From a virus, in the IMG/VR virus record IMGVR_UViG_3300033145_000274, positions 61,080 to 125,079 of that record: a stretch of 64,000 nt of DNA; one strand, 5' to 3'. Both the position numbers and the translations under genes were made by a program. Below are positions 63,222 to 64,000 of this stretch, one piece after another. How positions within the stretch are numbered: position 1 is the stretch's first letter; each line of letters begins with the position of its first letter. Below the pieces are notes generated by a model, which searched no databases, was not told where the DNA came from, and worked only from the letters and a program-made list of their open reading frames with translations.

Positions 63222-63851
63222 ATGACTGTAGTTCTATGGGGTATTGATGCCAACAAACGTCGTAAAAACAATAGTCTTAACACCGTCAGTGCTCAGGACT
63301 GGACCCTGGAAGAATACTACGACGTAGCTCGGCGTTGTATTGGTGCTTTCGCAGTTGGTTCACTGGCACGGTCAATGCTACGCAACGAAGATGCAATATC
63401 CTTTGTGGCAGAACATCTCATGTATGCCGCATTTCGCTGGGACGCATCAAAAGGCAGAACACTTACCAGTTATCTTAATCAATGTGCTATTTGGAGCATT
63501 CATCGTTGGCTTGTCTTATCAAACAAATCAACCCAACAGTCTATGTCGTCACTCAATGTTAATGTATGTGATAATTCCAACACACAGTTGTATGAACTTA
63601 TTGAAGACACCACGGTGCAACCACCAGACGACATTGTGTCAGAACAAGAATACCTTGCATATGTGCTTGATGATGCTGGGTTAACTCAACGTCAACGCCA
63701 TTGTGTAGAGGTTGTATATATACAAGGACAAAGACCGTCAGACGTTGCCCGTGACCTGGGTATTAGCCGTCAGGCAGTAGACCAATGCTTAAAAAAAAGC
63801 ATTCATAAAATTAGGGTAGTAATTGATGACCAAAAATCGCTTTCTGTATGA
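63222..63851 (+). CDS. sigma70-family sigma factor-like protein
   Basis: region 2-like AAFRWDASKGRTLTSYL; region 4 LTQRQR..DVARDLGISRQAVDQ. Confidence 0.8.
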   Translation: MTVVLWGIDANKRRKNNSLNTVSAQDWTLEEYYDVARRCIGAFAVGSLARSMLRNEDAISFVAEHLMYAAFRWDASKGRTLTSYLNQCAIWSIHRWLVLSNKSTQQSMSSLNVNVCDNSNTQLYELIEDTTVQPPDDIVSEQEYLAYVLDDAGLTQRQRHCVEVVYIQGQRPSDVARDLGISRQAVDQCLKKSIHKIRVVIDDQKSLSV

Positions 63852-64000
63852 CCTGGCACGTGGAAGTAAAGCAGAACGACTGGTGTGCAAACTCTTTACG
63901 GCTGCTGGGCTGCCTAGTAAGGTTGACACTACGGTTCGGTCACGATGGGATATAATATCTAAACATGGTCAAGTCGATATTACTACTGAAGTCAAATATG
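63826..64000 (+). CDS. PD-(D/E)xK nuclease-like protein (3'-truncated by window)
   Basis: frame MTKNRFLYDLARGSKAE..WDII..TEVKY. Confidence 0.55.
   Translation, partial: MTKNRFLYDLARGSKAERLVCKLFTAAGLPSKVDTTVRSRWDIISKHGQVDITTEVKY

Noticed and set aside
1-64000. CRISPR array or integrase/transposase
   Set aside because: No regularly spaced repeats with unique spacers and no recombinase motifs were seen
1-64000. Stop-codon reassignment
   Set aside because: Recognisable genes are full length under the standard code and end in TAA, TAG or TGA; no convincing CTA or TCA suppressor tRNA was found

Overview
This is a 64-kb segment of a large (jumbo-type) bacteriophage genome. All supported genes lie on the + strand. 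There are no core virion or replication genes apart from SSB, dUTPase, RNase H and rIIA/rIIB-like genes. SSB, TatA and secreted-protein styles suggest a Planctomycetota-like host (inference). The window is dominated by RNA and translation functions: about 35 tRNA genes (none encoding CCA), a tmRNA, a CCA-adding enzyme, an RNA ligase, an RlmN-like methyltransferase and a truncated GGQ release factor. It also holds a Ro60/TROVE gene and four dispersed RNAs sharing a covarying Y-RNA-type Ro-binding stem, two of them clear YrlA-type circularly permuted tRNA mimics. Other notable content includes three tRNAs (Asn, Glu, His) with unexpected long variable arms and a ~600-nt GNRA-rich noncoding region. 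The phage carries TatA plus five twin-arginine proteins, six paralogs with an N-terminal MKxRxGFVSNSS motif, an NAD+ salvage set and many glycan/sulfation enzymes. A class of sigma70-like promoters mostly has 16-nt spacers. All assignments come from manual motif reading and hand-folding; no database searches were run.
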